Source: Epiperipatus broadwayi (lineage: Eukaryota; Animalia; Onychophora). Taken from it: DNA of 64,000 bases. Numbering within the stretch: position 1 is the first letter of the stretch; every line of letters begins with the position of its first letter. A program made the position numbers and the translations under genes. The notes under the pieces are model-generated. The model had not been told where the DNA came from. It saw only the letters and a list, made by a program, of their open reading frames with translations, and did not search any database. Positions 37,641-52,375 of this stretch are shown piece after piece. The stretch is taken from positions 9,052,001 through 9,116,000 of the forward strand of contig JAQFVV010000008.1 of assembly GCA_028023455.1 (NCBI GenBank), in the 5' to 3' direction.

Positions 37641-40589
37641 ATAATCTTTTATAAAACTTAGAATCAGTTTGACACTTTCTTTAAGTTATAGATGGTTGAG
37701 ATATGATGACCAAAAAATGATTTGAAGTTTTATGTAGAACAGGTATATAAAAATTTTGTGCAGCAGTACTGCACAAAATTGTATGCATTCTTTTAGAAAA
37801 ATTAGGAACAGTTATTACAATGAAGTAAATTTGATTTTTTAATAAGCATTATTTACAAAAAATATATTTGTATAAAAAGGTTTTATAATCATGGATTGCA
37901 AAAAATGGAAAAATAAAATTACTTTCAATTAGAATTCAACCAATACTACTAATTGAATTAGTTGTTGCTTTCTTATGATAAGTTATAATGAAATAAATTT
38001 GATTTTATTATAAGCTTTACAAAAAATAGGATCAATTAGTTGCTTTTAATAAAATTATGATTTATTTATTATAATGAATTCAAATTATATTTTTATTGTA
38101 TTATTTACAAAAAAATATATTTGTCATAAAAAGATAGAGAAAAAAACAAAAGTTACATTTCCAGTGTAAGATAACTCTTAGCTTCAAAAAAGTTGTATAA
38201 AATGTAACACTGTGCAAGCAAAATTCAAACTACTTTGATTTTTGCAAAATACAAATATATCTAGAAAGGAACTGAGATGAATATCATCCTATTCAAGCTA
38301 TGAAATTAAGGCATATGAAAATTTCTAACAGTATCACATACCACTTGCAGCTGTTGAAACTTAAAAATAAAATAAGTATCGAATGAAAGTTGTGTTTTCT
38401 ATAAAGAAAAAATAAATGTAATTAATTTTTATTTCGCAGCTGAGGCAGATGACCTAGTTCTCTTACAAGAGCTGAATCTATCAGCATTACCATTTAAAAT
38501 TAATACAAGAAAATAATAATTACTTATAAAAATATTAGTTTGTTATTTATAAATATATCATTTATCTAAGTGTTTCTAATGGAAGTGCATTCTATTATGA
38601 ATTATATTTTTATAGTTAAACAATATTCAGAAATCGGATTTTTGTTTTTGAAGATCTGAATAACTTGTAAAAATACCCATATTCAAGTAATAAAAGGAAA
38701 AAGAATTGAAAAACGAGAAAATTTGTTTAGTACTAAGAAAGAGTAAGTCAAGCAGAGAATTTATTTTTAGAAGTGTGGAAGACTGGTGAGACAAGTTGAA
38801 GACAATAATGTATCTGTCCAAAAAACATTAAAAAGTCATTTATAAACTGAAGCTTTTTTTTCCAGACAAGAAAAATATTCTATTAAGAAATTGTATTTGG
38901 ATTTATATATTATGACACTACTTGATGGGAAGATATTTTTTCTTAGTACACCATGTTTGACATATATTTACACATTATTATGCATCATTTTAATACTAAT
39001 CTTTAGATGTATTAATATTCATTTTTTAATATTTATATTTCTAGAGAGCATTTTGTTATGCATAAATATAAGTAAATTTAAGCAGGTGTGGATAAATACA
39101 CAAAATTATATTATCAACATTAAATAATTATTTGTAACTAGAAAAGTAAGTAGTAATAACATGTTTTATAAGTTATTGGTGGAGTAAAGAGAAAGTAGTG
39201 TATAATTGTAAGCAGTAACCAAATATTTTTTTTAAAGAAAATATATATTTATTTAAAAGGTTAATTGGCAGTATGAAGATTAAAAGAAAAGTTGAAATTG
39301 TATATTAAAATTATTGATAAAAACTCAACTAATAGAATGCTATAGTTTTTTTTAAATATTTTAATATCAAATTGACTCCAGCTTAAATTACTTTAAAATC
39401 CCTAGACTTTAAAGTTTCATCATGCAAATTACTATTTCCTGAAATATTCAGTTTTGAAGGAAAGAAATTTGATGCAGTGTTTATGAACTAGGTGTTATAT
39501 CACTTGGAACCTAGCTAAAAAAATTTAAAGTATTCATTATTTATAAAAAGAAGAGTGAATTTATTCTAACAATTTTTTTTTGTTATTATCATCAAAAAAA
39601 ATTTTTAAAAATCTGTTTATGTTCTCAATAGAACGTGCTTTAAAAGAAAGTATTTAATTTGACATTATTGTGTAAATATCTACATAATTTTATTCTGAGT
39701 GAAATGAAAGAAATGCAGTGTTATATGAAAAGTTGTATAGAGGGAGATTATAAATAAAATTTTGTCATGAAATATTAGTTATATGCATATACTTGAAATT
39801 ATTTAAATGGAATTAGGCTGATCCTTTAGTTAAGACATTTTAATTATTTCCAATAAAATATTTTAAGATTCTTTTAGATATCATTTATTGAATTTTATTC
39901 CTAATTAAGAGAGCATTGTGTAAAATATAGACCAATTGATTGTCTAATCCCAATAATAAAGTGAAATTTTGAAGAATGTTAGTGCTATAATTATATGCTA
40001 CTAACATAAAATAAATAGAAATTTAAAAAGACCATTCTTTCAGAATTTGTCTTACAATCTGGTGTTTTAGAGACATTATCTCTAAGATTAAGCATGTTTT
40101 ATATCACTAATATGTATTGTAATTTCACTTTTCAATTGATAATGATTGTCTTTTGATCTCCATCCACACAATCCAGATATAGCATTGTTACTATCTTAAT
40201 ACTATAACAATTATGTTAAAGAATTATCTTTAGAGCCAGTGAGAAAAAGTGGGCCCTGAGCACTATGGGGGGGGGGGGGTTACCCTGATAAAAAATACCT
40301 TATTTGCAGATATAGATATATTGTTTTACAATTATTGTAAATCAAGTCTAGAACAGCAATTATCTTTTGTTAAAAATTTTATTTATTTGGAATGAAAATT
40401 CAAGAAAATTAAAATATTTTTTGCATTGTATTTTTTTTGTTTTTGTTTACTCACACAAAGTTGCACAAATAAATACGGTTTTATGCATTTTTATTAAATG
40501 AATAATTAAGAAAACAAAATGAAATACGTATAATGTAAAAAATTATATTTTATTTTCTTGAATATATTATTGCGAATCCATTAATAACA

Positions 40590-40800
40590 TCATCTTATTT
40601 TATTCATTTTTGCAAATTCGGATGCAGTTGATAAAATTGCGAGCGAAGAGAATCATTCTTGACCTACTGATTTCACATTAATCTGATCAGAACATTGTGA
40701 AATATTTAAGCATTGTATGTAGCTGAAAAATCTACATCACTGCACAACCAATGCTTCTACAAATGTATTTCTTCAGCAGGATATGACCTTCAAATTATAA
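40590..40800 (-). mobile_element. hAT transposase C-terminal dimerisation-domain remnant
   Basis: Minus-strand GQE*FSSLAILSTASEFAK resembles hAT QERLSSLAILSIE. Confidence 0.45.
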
Positions 40801-42982
40801 AATTTTGGCAAGAAAAAAAAAGGAAATGTAATTATGTTTGACAAGTAATGAAACATTTTATATTCTGATTTTTGCAGAAAGCAGAGATCGTGCAGGACCC
40901 AGTATGCCCTTGGGCTAATTCTGTTTATTTTAAATTATGTATTCATATTATATATGTAGCATTGCATTTATATGGTGAGATTATAGAATCAAGTAAGAAT
41001 ATTATATAAATCTATTATGTCTTCAATATAATGTGCTTATCTGTTTTTATACTGCAAAGAGAATGCAGTTTATTTAAATTGTGTATGATTATGAAATATA
41101 TTTATTTTTCTACAATGAGTTCTGTAAAAACATAAACTAATTCAAAAAACTATTAATTATTAATATATATAATAGAAAATACTTTTTTTTTTGTCTTAGA
41201 TAATTTGATTTTTTAAAAATATTTTTTATTTAATCATTATTAGATGCACTTCATGTTTCTACGAACTGATTTGAATTTTAGTGGAATATATGTTAATGGC
41301 AGAGTGGTTGGTTTGGGGGGGGGGGGTATTTATATTCAAGGGATATACTTGCAGGGCAGGGTGCCCTGCTGTGTGTGAAACAAAAAAACTAAAGTTGTGA
41401 TTCTAATATTATAGATGTATCTTTAGTAAATATTTTCTCACTTGCTGTTTAGTTGTCTACTCAAAGTTCTTTACCTAAAAATAGGTATTTAATAAGGAAT
41501 TATATGCTGATTGATTTATGAATTGTAGATATATAATTTATTATTTAAATTAGACAAGCAATAACTTTCATGATATTAAAGTGAAATATTTTGCAAATTT
41601 GACACTTTACCTATATCTTTAATAATTTCCTGTTACAATTTATAGAGAAACAGACCATACTAACTACCAAGAGTTTTTCAAAATAAAAATACTTCATCTT
41701 TTAGTATCTCATATCAATTGATCACTGACATTCCTGAGAGTCTACTATTTTTTGATGACTTCCTATTAATTTTGAAGATCATTGAAAAGTCTTTATGTAA
41801 ACAATATAATTACTAAGAAATTGAGCAATCTGGGCATTATAAATTTAGAAGTCATCTGGGTTAGAAAAAAAGAGGATTTTATTTCAAGTAAATATTCTTT
41901 AAATATATTTTAATTCTCACTTAAATTATATTGTTTTATTTTGCTAATGCACGAGCAAAGCTGAAGTAGAATAATAGTAAAAGAATATACTGCAATTGAT
42001 TATTAAAATATATTTTTAATAAGGAGGATATATTTTGAATAACTTTTTTTTAATGTTTTATTATGTAGATTCCATTTTTGAAGTACTGAATATCAAATTT
42101 TTTGCTAATTTTCTCCATTTTTCTAGCTCAGGGTCTATCACTCTTATTAGAAAGTTCAATAATTAAAATATATTTATGTATTTCACTTTTGAACTCTAGC
42201 TTACTCTCTCATTAATAGAAAGTTTGATAATTAAAATATATTTATTCCATTTTCAATTTTTGATGTATTGAATACCAAATAAAATTTTTACTCTGTAATT
42301 CTGTAGAAGTCTGATAATTAAAAAATATTTATATGAAATAATTATCCACAGCAGTATTGCAATAATTGTAACTTTTATTAGATATAATAAACAATCATTT
42401 TAAAATAAAATATTTTATATTTCTCAAGTGATAATTTTTAAAATGGCTATAGCATTTTAATGTCAACATAATATATGCAAGTGAGAAATTAAATACATGA
42501 TATAAATGAAATTTAAAATATATTTATCCAATGAAATTTTATCTGAATTACCAAAAATTAATATTTCTTAATTTCTCTAGTATGTATTTCAATATGCAGG
42601 CCACAACATCTTATTTATCATGTGAGAATATACTTAAAGGGAAATGGTAAAACTTTATAAAATTCAGTATTTCTCTTACTATACCTTCACATTTTAAAAT
42701 TTACTTTTTCACAAATTAAATATATTTCAATGGGCATTCTAAAAGTTTATCAAATTCAGTAGTGTTTCTCTTGCTGTATGGGTGCCATTTTAAATTTTAC
42801 TTTAACACGTGCTAAATATATATATTTAAACAAATCCTAAATATTTAGTAAATTCATTATTATAACATATATATGGTTATTATTCAAATGGGAAATTAAA
42901 TACATGGTACAAATACAATTTAAAATATATTATTTACATTACTTTATCAAAAACTACACTTCATTTAAAAAATATTTCCGAC

Positions 42983-44400
42983 ATGATGTATTGTGGCTTC
43001 TTAAACGAAGTCAAGAATATCTAAGCAATTATGCCCAGATAAACCTGTTAGCCACTTAATTTTCCATTCCCCCACTCTAAGTTTTCCCATATTCTGCTCC
43101 ATCCCATTTCCATAACATAATCTTTGTCAACTCTATAGCCTTAATATCTAATTACCCCTTATCTTTTCCCAAACCCAGCATAAAAACCAATAATTCACTT
43201 TATGTACACTCACTTTTTTCATATTTATTCTTTCATAATTTCATTATATGTACCCTTTCTGTTTTCAAACATTTACATTCAATTAACAAATGCCTAATAT
43301 TTTCTATTCCTTCCTTACAAAATAAATCACCCATATTTTTCCATTTACATGTATATTCTCTTGTAGCTAAAGATCCCGTTCGAGCCTTAAACAATAAACT
43401 ACTTTCCTTACTATTATCATATACTAACTCGCACTTAATATTCTGTTTATTTCTATATATATATTTAAACTCTTTTTACTCTCCATACTATTTCTCCATC
43501 TCTCTATTCTTTATTAATAAATCTATTCTTTTATCCCATTGCTTATTACTATAACACTCAACAATCCTCTTAACACAATCATCCCATCTTTTGTACAAAT
43601 ATATTGATATAAATTCTTTATCCAAATCTTTTGCATACCACATTACCTTTCTCACCCATCTTGTTACCTGCCCTTTACTCATAACCAAATTAAATACTAT
43701 TTTGGCTATTCTTTTATTATCCATAAACTGCAATCTACCAAACATTTTCATTTTACTTTTTGCATCTCTCATATGAAAACTTGACCATCCCATTTCTCAT
43801 TCAATTGCCTCCTTTGCTGTCCATACATCTGCATCCAATGAATGTCTTCCTACTTCCCTTTGAACTTTTTCTCAAATAATGTAATACCCCTTTACTAACA
43901 CAAAGTATCATTACCATATGATAACCCTGCTACTGCAACTCCCATATAATTCTAGTTATGTCATATTTATTATATGAAAACAGTGTTAATTTCTTTATCA
44001 ATCCTTTTCTTTGCTTCATTTATCAATTTTTTCTCCCATTCATCCAAATAATTTTTCTGATTACTTAAAATAATCCCCAAATAACTATGTATATGCACCA
44101 CATTTAACTTAATATCTCCCAATAAAAATTCTACATCTTCTCTTTTTCCAGTAATAACCATCATTATATTTGATTTTTCTTCACTAAATTTAATCCCCAT
44201 TTCTTTACTCGCCCTTGCACATGTCATCAGCATAACTTCCATATCTTCTCTTCTTTCTGCATACAAAAAAATATCCGCAAAATAAAGACCCTACAAAATA
44301 TATACTCCCTTACTATCTATTAACGGTATCTCTATCCCCCTTCCTAATCTTTCTATTGCTCTTTCCATTACACTTAAATATAACACAAACAAAATAGGTG
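42983..44400 (-). mobile_element. 5'-truncated LINE (RT C-terminal region and 3' UTR)
   Basis: ORFs 43488-43793 and 43970-44266 (YLGIILSNQKNYLDEWEKK, MGWSSFHMRDAKSK). Same family as 47195-49462. Confidence 0.85.
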
Positions 44401-45049
44401 ACATTGTAATCTTTAATTCAGTGCTGCCCTCTTTTTAGACTTTTATGATCTAATTCGAAGACAATTACAATACAAATTTTTCATGCATTTTTATATTGCA
44501 AATTACAATTTTTTTAAATAATTAAAGTAAAAATTTATATGCTACTAAAATTCTATACAAAAAAAGAAAATCATGCAAGATTTCAATGATTGGTGCAACA
44601 TTTGTTGAATTATAAGCTCACAAATAAATCTTCACATTTACAATTTGGAAATGAGAAAGAAAACAAGAATTGACATAGAAAAGTAATGGGGCCATGTTTC
44701 AAACCTAGAGGATAGAACATTTTCATGTAAAAAAAAAACAATCTGTGACATTACTCATTGCTGTTGAGCTGCGTTTGCCCTTGGGAAGAAAAATAAATCA
44801 AAATATCCATAATATTGACATTTCGTACATTAAAGTAAATTGTAATTAAACTCAAATTGATGATTATGGTTATTAAAAGTTTCACTATTTTATTTACAGA
44901 TGTAAATTTGTACTAATTATGGATCAAAAAACTCTTATTTTGACTCTTAGTGACCTGACTCAACAAATATATTTTAAAATGTTTCATTGATTCAGCATAC
45001 TACTGTCTACAATTTCAAGCTGATAGGCATCTTCCATGCTGATGGTTTA

Positions 45050-45500
45050 AGTTGGTAATGTATATTTATTGATGGGGGGAGGGGATACAGAAAGAAAAGA
45101 AGACAAATCAATGTGATTGTCATAATAGGTTGCAATGAACTAAATAACAAAATCTGGAGTTTGAAAAAGACAAACTGGGTTATCAAAAACCAATGTAAAG
45201 GATAGGTTTGAGATATCCAATAAATCATAAATACTGAATAATGTTCTTGGATTAATCACTATGAATTATCTATAGTTGAAAGTTTTTGAAGTCTAGAATA
45301 GAAATATCTCAAAAGGATGAAAGCAATTCCTTAATTCATTGGAAATCATTTGCAATGAGCGACAAAAAAAAAAAAAGCACAAAAATTCAATAGCTAATTG
45401 GACATTCATAGACTATGCACCTGTGGCATGGGAAGTAAAAACATACTACTGAGAGCAATTGTCTTCATCCTGTAAGCTTAAATAATCAACAGATAATATT
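45050..45500 (+). mobile_element. Possible degenerate LINE ORF1 esterase-like remnant
   Basis: IVIIGCNEL (cf. VxVGTND) and NCLHP (cf. DGLHP) only, heavily decayed. Confidence 0.25.
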
Positions 45501-46477
45501 AATCTATACAATTCCCAAAACCAGGTTGGATTCTAGCTTTTGTTTTTGTCTGCGAGTTAGAACTAATCTGGTAACAAAGCTTTATAATGTGGTAAAAATA
45601 ACTGCTGTTGGAATTATATGAGAAAATATATATTATTGAAGTTTTAAGAAGTCATGGATAACTTACAGAATTTTAAAGGAAAAAGAGTTGAATAATGGTC
45701 CTATATCCATATCAAAGCAATTCAAAGACTTGTATAATCAATAACATGTACATACATCACCATTCCAGTCAGAAAAATATGGATTTATAAAATGCATAGT
45801 ACAAGAAGCTAAAAAAATCATTTGGTAGGAAACATGCAGTAGTTGGAATACAAAGATAGTATACCATTAGTGCAACATTGAAAACCTACCCTAATGATAG
45901 TTAAATACTCTTTAGAAATATTTGTGCTGTGTTTACACCAGTGAAAAAACTGGGAAATTCTACCCCAGAGTGTATAGATGTTAGCCTGAAATTTTTTTTA
46001 AAAAAAATTAGTATGTTTGTAGAAATCAGTAACCTCTTATATCAAGACTAACTAACTGAGGGACAACTTCTAGTCAAGAAAGCAGCCTAAATAAGGATAA
46101 ATAATCAAGGCTGAGAAAATGGACAGAACCAAGAAAATGATCAAGTTGAGATAGTTGTGATAGCAAAAACAATGGAGCCATCAAAATACTGAAAGTGACC
46201 AAACCCAGGATACAGCAACAGCAGGATCCCAGCAAAATGTCACTCCATCATAGAAAGAAATAGAAGACAGCAGAGATTGTGAATTCTACTCAGTCTGATT
46301 AAAAAAGAGCTGTAGTATACTGAAACAACAGGCCAAGGTAGGACCTAAGTTTCTCAATGAAATTTTACAAAAGTATGAAAAACCATGCTTCAATGCTATT
46401 GGCTAGTGAACCACTACCATTCTCATTTGTGTTCACATCACTTTTATTGTCAGCCTACAAATTAAACCTGAAGGCTA

Positions 46478-46661
46478 TTGGTTGCCTCTTTTCTCTCCAC
46501 TATTCTCACCTTTGGGCAAATAATGTATTCAAACTAGGCATATAAAAGGAGAGTCTAAATTGTTAGGGTTATTAGTTGCATCTTTTCTCTCCACTATTCT
46601 CACCTTTGGAAAAATAATGTATTCAAACTAGGCATATAAAAGGAGAGTCTAAATTGTTAGG
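46478..46661 (+). repeat. Tandem duplication, 95-bp period
   Basis: tcttttctctccactattctcacctttgg...gagtctaaattgttagg repeated at 46487 and 46582. Confidence 0.85.
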
Positions 46662-47194
46662 CAATGTAATTAGCCATAAAAGTTTATGTGATATTTGAAT
46701 AATGGCATGTGCAGTTCATCATAGAACGCTTATCAATTTTATAAAGTTTTAATTTATCCAATATATTAGACCTAAAGTCTTAACCAACTGTTCATCAAGA
46801 AATATATGATAGCCTTTATCACCATATACAAACTTATTGTCAGCTTTTCCTTTTTTTCAATTATTTTCCACTAAAGCATTAAAATCTTTATTTACAATAA
46901 ATATTTGGTCACACAGAAAAGCATGATCTTATTGGGACATAAACATGAAATATCAATATTTGATTTCTTCCAGTAATAACTAATTGTGCTACTCTTATCT
47001 AATAAGAAATCATTTCCACATTTTCATTTAGAATGAATACACTTTCCAATATTTGTGTCTAGAATAAAGTGCCTCGGTTCATATCTGTCTACTTTTCAAA
47101 TCTAACTTTACAAAGTCTGATAATATCCCATGTAATATTAGACTTTTTCTAGTTCATGTAATCTTCATTCATTTGAAAGTATCTACAACTATAA

Positions 47195-49462
47195 GTGATG
47201 TGATGTGATGCACTGTGACTTCTTATACAGAGTCAGGAATCTCTCATCAACTATGCCCAGAGAAACCTGTTAGCCGCTTTACCTTACCTTTCCATTCTTC
47301 ATCCTAAGTTTTCTCATAATCTACTCTATCCCATTTCCACAACATAATCTTTGTCAACTTTATGGCCTTCATATCTAAATCCCCCTTTTCCCAAACCTAG
47401 CATAAAAACCAATAACTCACTTTCTGTATAATCACTTTGTTCATATTTATTCTTCCATAACTTCATTATTTGTACCCTTTCTGCTTCCAAGCATTTACAT
47501 TGAAGTAACAGATGTCTAATATTTTCTATGCCTTCCTTACACAATTTGCAGACTAAATCACCCATATTTTTCCATTTACGTGTATATTCCCTTGTTGCTA
47601 AAGATCCCGTTCAAGCCTTAAACAATAAACTACTTTTCTTATTATTATCATAAATTAACTCGCACCAATGTTCTGTTTACTTCTATATATATTTAAACTC
47701 GTTTTGCTCTCCATACTAGTTCATCTCTCCAACTCCCTATTTATTAATACATCTATTCTTCTATCCCACATTATAACACTCAACAATCATCCTAACACAA
47801 TCATCCCACCTTTTGTACAATTATAGTGACATAAATTCTTTATCCAAATCTTCTGCATACCGCATTACCTTTCTCACCCATCTTGTTGCCTGCCCTTTAC
47901 TTGTAACCCAATTAAATACTATTTTGGCTATTCTTTTATTATCCATAAACTGCAATCTACCGAACATTTTCATTTTGCTTTTTGCATCTCTCATATTAAA
48001 ACTTGACTATCCCATTTCTCCTTGAATTGCCTCCTTTGCTGTCCACACCTCTGCATCTAATACATGTCTTCCTACTTCCCTTTATACTTTTTCTAAGTAA
48101 TCTAATATCCTTTTACTAACACATAATGCATCATTGCCACATGTTAACCCTGCTACTCCCTTCCATACAATTCTAGCTACATGATATTTATTATATGAAA
48201 ACACTGTTAATTTCTTTATCAATCCCTTTCTTTTCTTTGCTTCATTTATCAATTTTTTCTCCCATTCATCCAAACAATTTTTCTGATTATTCAATATCAT
48301 TCCCAAATAACTATATCTATTCACCACACTTAACTTTATATCCCCCAATAAGAAATCTTTGTCTTCTCTTTCCCCAGTATTTACCATCATTATATTTTTT
48401 TTTTTTCACTAAATTTAATCCCCATATCTTTACTCACCCTTGCGCATGTCCTCAGCCTAACTTCCACATCTTCTCTTTCTGCACACAAAAAGACATCATC
48501 TGCAAAAAAAGACCTGACAATGTATATACTCCCTTGCCACCTATTAATGATATCTCTGTCCCTCTTCCTAATCTTTCTATTGCTCTCTCCATTTCACTCA
48601 AATACAACAAAAACAAAATAGGTGTTATAGGGCATCCTTGCCTTAGTACCACCCCATTTTTAACTTTAACTGATTCTATATCCCCTAATTTATATGTATA
48701 GTAATTATTTTCATATAATTTCTTAATAACATCCACTAAAGCTTCATCCATTCCCAAATTTGCTAAACTTATCCATAATCTATTTCTATTTACTCTATCA
48801 TATGCCTTCTCTATATCTATAAAACTCATATATAACTGTCTATCTGAATTCCTATTCATATCCATAAGTTGGATAACTACAAATAAACTATCTCCTATAT
48901 GCCTATCTGACCTAAAACCTCCTTGCATTTCCTCCACTACATTATTTTCTTCCATCCATTTTGCAACTTTTCCAACTACCATATATGAAAAAACTATATA
49001 AAACTGATGTTACCGCTATTGGTCTATAATTGTTTAACTTTCTATGAACCTTACTCTTTACTTTAAATAATAATCTTATTCTTATATTACTCCAACTATC
49101 AGAAAAACTTCTGTGCCATCTTATTAAAACATGATAATAGCTTTACTTTTGCCCTACACGCTAAATTCATTACCATCTCTGCTGCCCACCCACTTCTCAG
49201 TTTCTTCCCTGCCTCATTCAGTTCATTTTCTGCAAACCTAATATTCCCATTACTATATGCTTTCATATTTTCTATCCTCTGTCCTTCACATCTTTTCTAT
49301 ATCCATTAGTACCTATTCAAGATTCTCTCTAATTCTTCTCTAGAGCTACACTCTATTCCATCCTCATCCAGTAATACTATATCTTCTACATTTCTCCTTT
49401 TAATATAATTCCAAAATTTTTTATTCCCATCTCTTCCATTGCTATTAATATCGTCCAATAAT
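47195..49462 (-). mobile_element. 5'-truncated LINE with RT domain, C-terminal CCHC motif and (CATCA)n tail
   Basis: QGGFR, FIDIEKAYDRV, LRQGCPITPILF, FADD-region frameshift, CKLCKEGIENIRHLLLQC. Tail reads gtgatgtgatgtgatg on +. Clade not assigned. Confidence 0.9.
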
Positions 49463-49707
49463 TGATGTGATGTGATGCACTGTGACTTTTCCTTAAACGG
49501 AGTCAGGAATCTTTCATCAGCTATGCTCAGAGAAACCTGTTAGCCACTTTACCTTCCTTTTCCATTGTCCACCCTAAGTTTTCCCATAATCTGCTCCATC
49601 CCATTTCCACAACATAATCTTTGTCAACTCCATGACCTTCATATCTAAATCCCCCTTATCTTTTCCCAAACCTAGCATAAAAACCAATAACTCACTTTCT
49701 GTATAAT
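49463..49707 (-). mobile_element. 3'-end fragment of the same LINE family
   Basis: Homologous to 47195-47430 including the tail. Confidence 0.85.
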
Positions 49708-51744
49708 TACAGTACTTAAATAAAAATCGCCATCTATTGGCAGTTTAGTTTTAAGTAGGAAATTTTTAGCACCCTTTATTAGCGATCATTAATTGATGTC
49801 TTGATTAATGATTTATAGCTTCTGAAAGTGATGGCCATAATTTGGTTTTGCTATGTGATTGTAAGTATAAAAGAAATGATCATTCGTTTTCATCCTTACT
49901 TCAAGAAATTCCACTCCAACCTATAATTATAGGATTTAAACGTAAAATATCAAAATATTTAATGATTAAACAAATAAAAAAAACTTAATTTAGCAATTAT
50001 TATTAAAACATGTTCGTATTTATAATATAACCAAGATACAGATAATCTATCAACCAGTAAAAACAATTAAAAAAAAAAAGACTATGGTGCTTCTTGGTCT
50101 TAAAAATACCAAGAGAAAAACTTATTAATTCATTACGCTAGCTGGTGGGAGTAGTTAGCAGCCGACCCATTTTTGTTTACCATATGAATAATTCACATAA
50201 CAATAATCGTTGCAGCGTATGGCATGGAGATTAACAATTTGCCTGTCACAAAGAGGAATCAAAAGTAGTATTTCTTTTAATTGAATTGGTTATATAATTA
50301 AAATAAATATTTTCTATAGAATCCAATTTGTTAAAATAAAAAAAATCATGTATTGTTTTTTAGAATACGTTTTTCATTTGCTTTTTTTTTTTTAATCTAA
50401 TAAAAATAAATTACCGTAGTAAAGAAAGCCACATTAATAATAACAATCATGATTAATATGGAGTTAAAGAATTTTAAAGAAAAATTAATTTTATTATTAA
50501 AGTTAAAATACTAACGTTAGAAGGTTCATTAATCAAGAATATAATATGCTTGTTACATCTTTGCCTGAGGTCAGGAGGAATTAAATATTGCGAGCACGTA
50601 ATCATCGTCGGTGGTAGTTTGCTAGTGCTAGCTCTGTTTGCATAATTTATTCTAACATCTCAATATATAGAGATATATTTTAAACTTTATATAAATTCTT
50701 TTTACTATTTCAATATGTCTACAGCAATTTTTAAATAATCAACGTTGAAACTTTAGTAATTACAGTAGAATAAGGAAAAAGAAAATAATTCTGAATAATC
50801 ATTGCTTTAAAAGATATACCAGAATAATTAAATAAATTCGGGGTGGGGGATATGAAACATATCTAACCTTACAAAATGAACTTCTTAAGATTTCTTTAGT
50901 ACTATAATTCAGTTGTCTCTTAAAGTTTGGAGATGTTTAGACAAATAGAAATTTAGAATGCTAGTAGATAAATTCTTTATGACCAGAAGGCTTTATTTTA
51001 ATGCTATATATTTTAGAATATAAATGTATGTCAGTGTGTTTATATGTATATATTAACCTATAAATATATGCAAATATTTATTATATACAATATTAAAACA
51101 ATTTACAAAATTTTAATATTTCACTTCATATTCAAATACACCATATAGCTAATAAAAGTCTACCATAAGGTAAATAGCAATAACTCTCTTCCTCTTTGAA
51201 GAACAGCGAAGCAAAATACCTTATAAGACTCGATAATGGCTGAGAATAAGTAGGTACTCACTTAGTGACCAATACTGAAAGACTTAGTTAGGTTGATTAA
51301 TTCAACTATCTGAAAGTTCAATTTTAAGGCTGTTTGGACGTTAAAAAAATCCTCGTTTTATCTCATCAGGAGTTGAATCCCATTTTTGGGTTTGGATTAT
51401 ATTACAGATCCCTTCACATTTAATTTCTCTTAATCATGAGGTTCATATGTGTGTGTGTGTGTGTGTGTTTGGAACAATATGTTCTAAATTTCAATTTAGT
51501 TTATAAACTAATTAGGGTTTTGGTTACTGTATTAATTAAAACCAAATGTGATGTCTATCAATTTTTTTCTTAAACTTGATTTTCAAATATATTTAGAACA
51601 TGCTCCTTATAAATTAAACTATAGTCATTCACACTACCCAGCTTATTATTTTAGTAAATCAATATATGCTTTAAAACTATGTTTTTAATTATTTTTAATA
51701 AATTATTTAAACAGAATACATTATACTCAAACAAATAATGAAAA

Positions 51745-52375
51745 TGATAAATAATATTTCTGTAGTATAATTTTCACTACACCATTCTTACACAGGTAGA
51801 GACTGGTTTCTATCCTTTTTTAATACCTTGTGGAGAGGTATAATCATAAACATATTCCCAAGCACCGATCAGTTTGCCCAGATCACAATCTCTTACATAT
51901 CTTTGTCAGTATATAGGGATAGCAAATTATTACAGTTTATTTGATAAGTGTCAAATGTGCTGCCCTCACAATTTTGACATAAACCACTTAACAAAATTTA
52001 TATTAATAATTTTTATTATCATACATTAGACTAGAAATTATCCAATAATGAATACTCTCACACAAAGTAGGAACTGGTTTCTATCCTCTCTTAACACCTA
52101 AAATCATAAACATATGATCAAAGACACGTGAAAAGGTGTATGATCCCCTAGATGGTTCAGCATGAAATGTGCATCTTGGGGATCATACATCTTTTTCATG
52201 TTTTTGGTCATATGTTTATGATTACATACCTCTACAAGGTATTAAAAGAAGATAGAAACCAGTCCCTACCTTGCATGAGAGTGGTGTAGTGAAAATTATA
52301 CTACAGAAATATTATTCATTATTGGATAATCTCTAATCTAATGAATAACTAATAAAAATTATTAAAATAATAAAA
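51745..52375. repeat. Nested inverted repeats (fold-back, family D) with central ~120-nt hairpin
   Basis: 51752-51860 and ~51995-52110 are each inverted relative to 52210-52375. Hairpin at 52102-52223. Confidence 0.75.

Noticed and set aside
49481-49526. CTGATGA...GAAAAGTC in the LINE 3' UTR (minus)
   Set aside because: No helix I or II pairing, and the motif is not kept in the other four copies.
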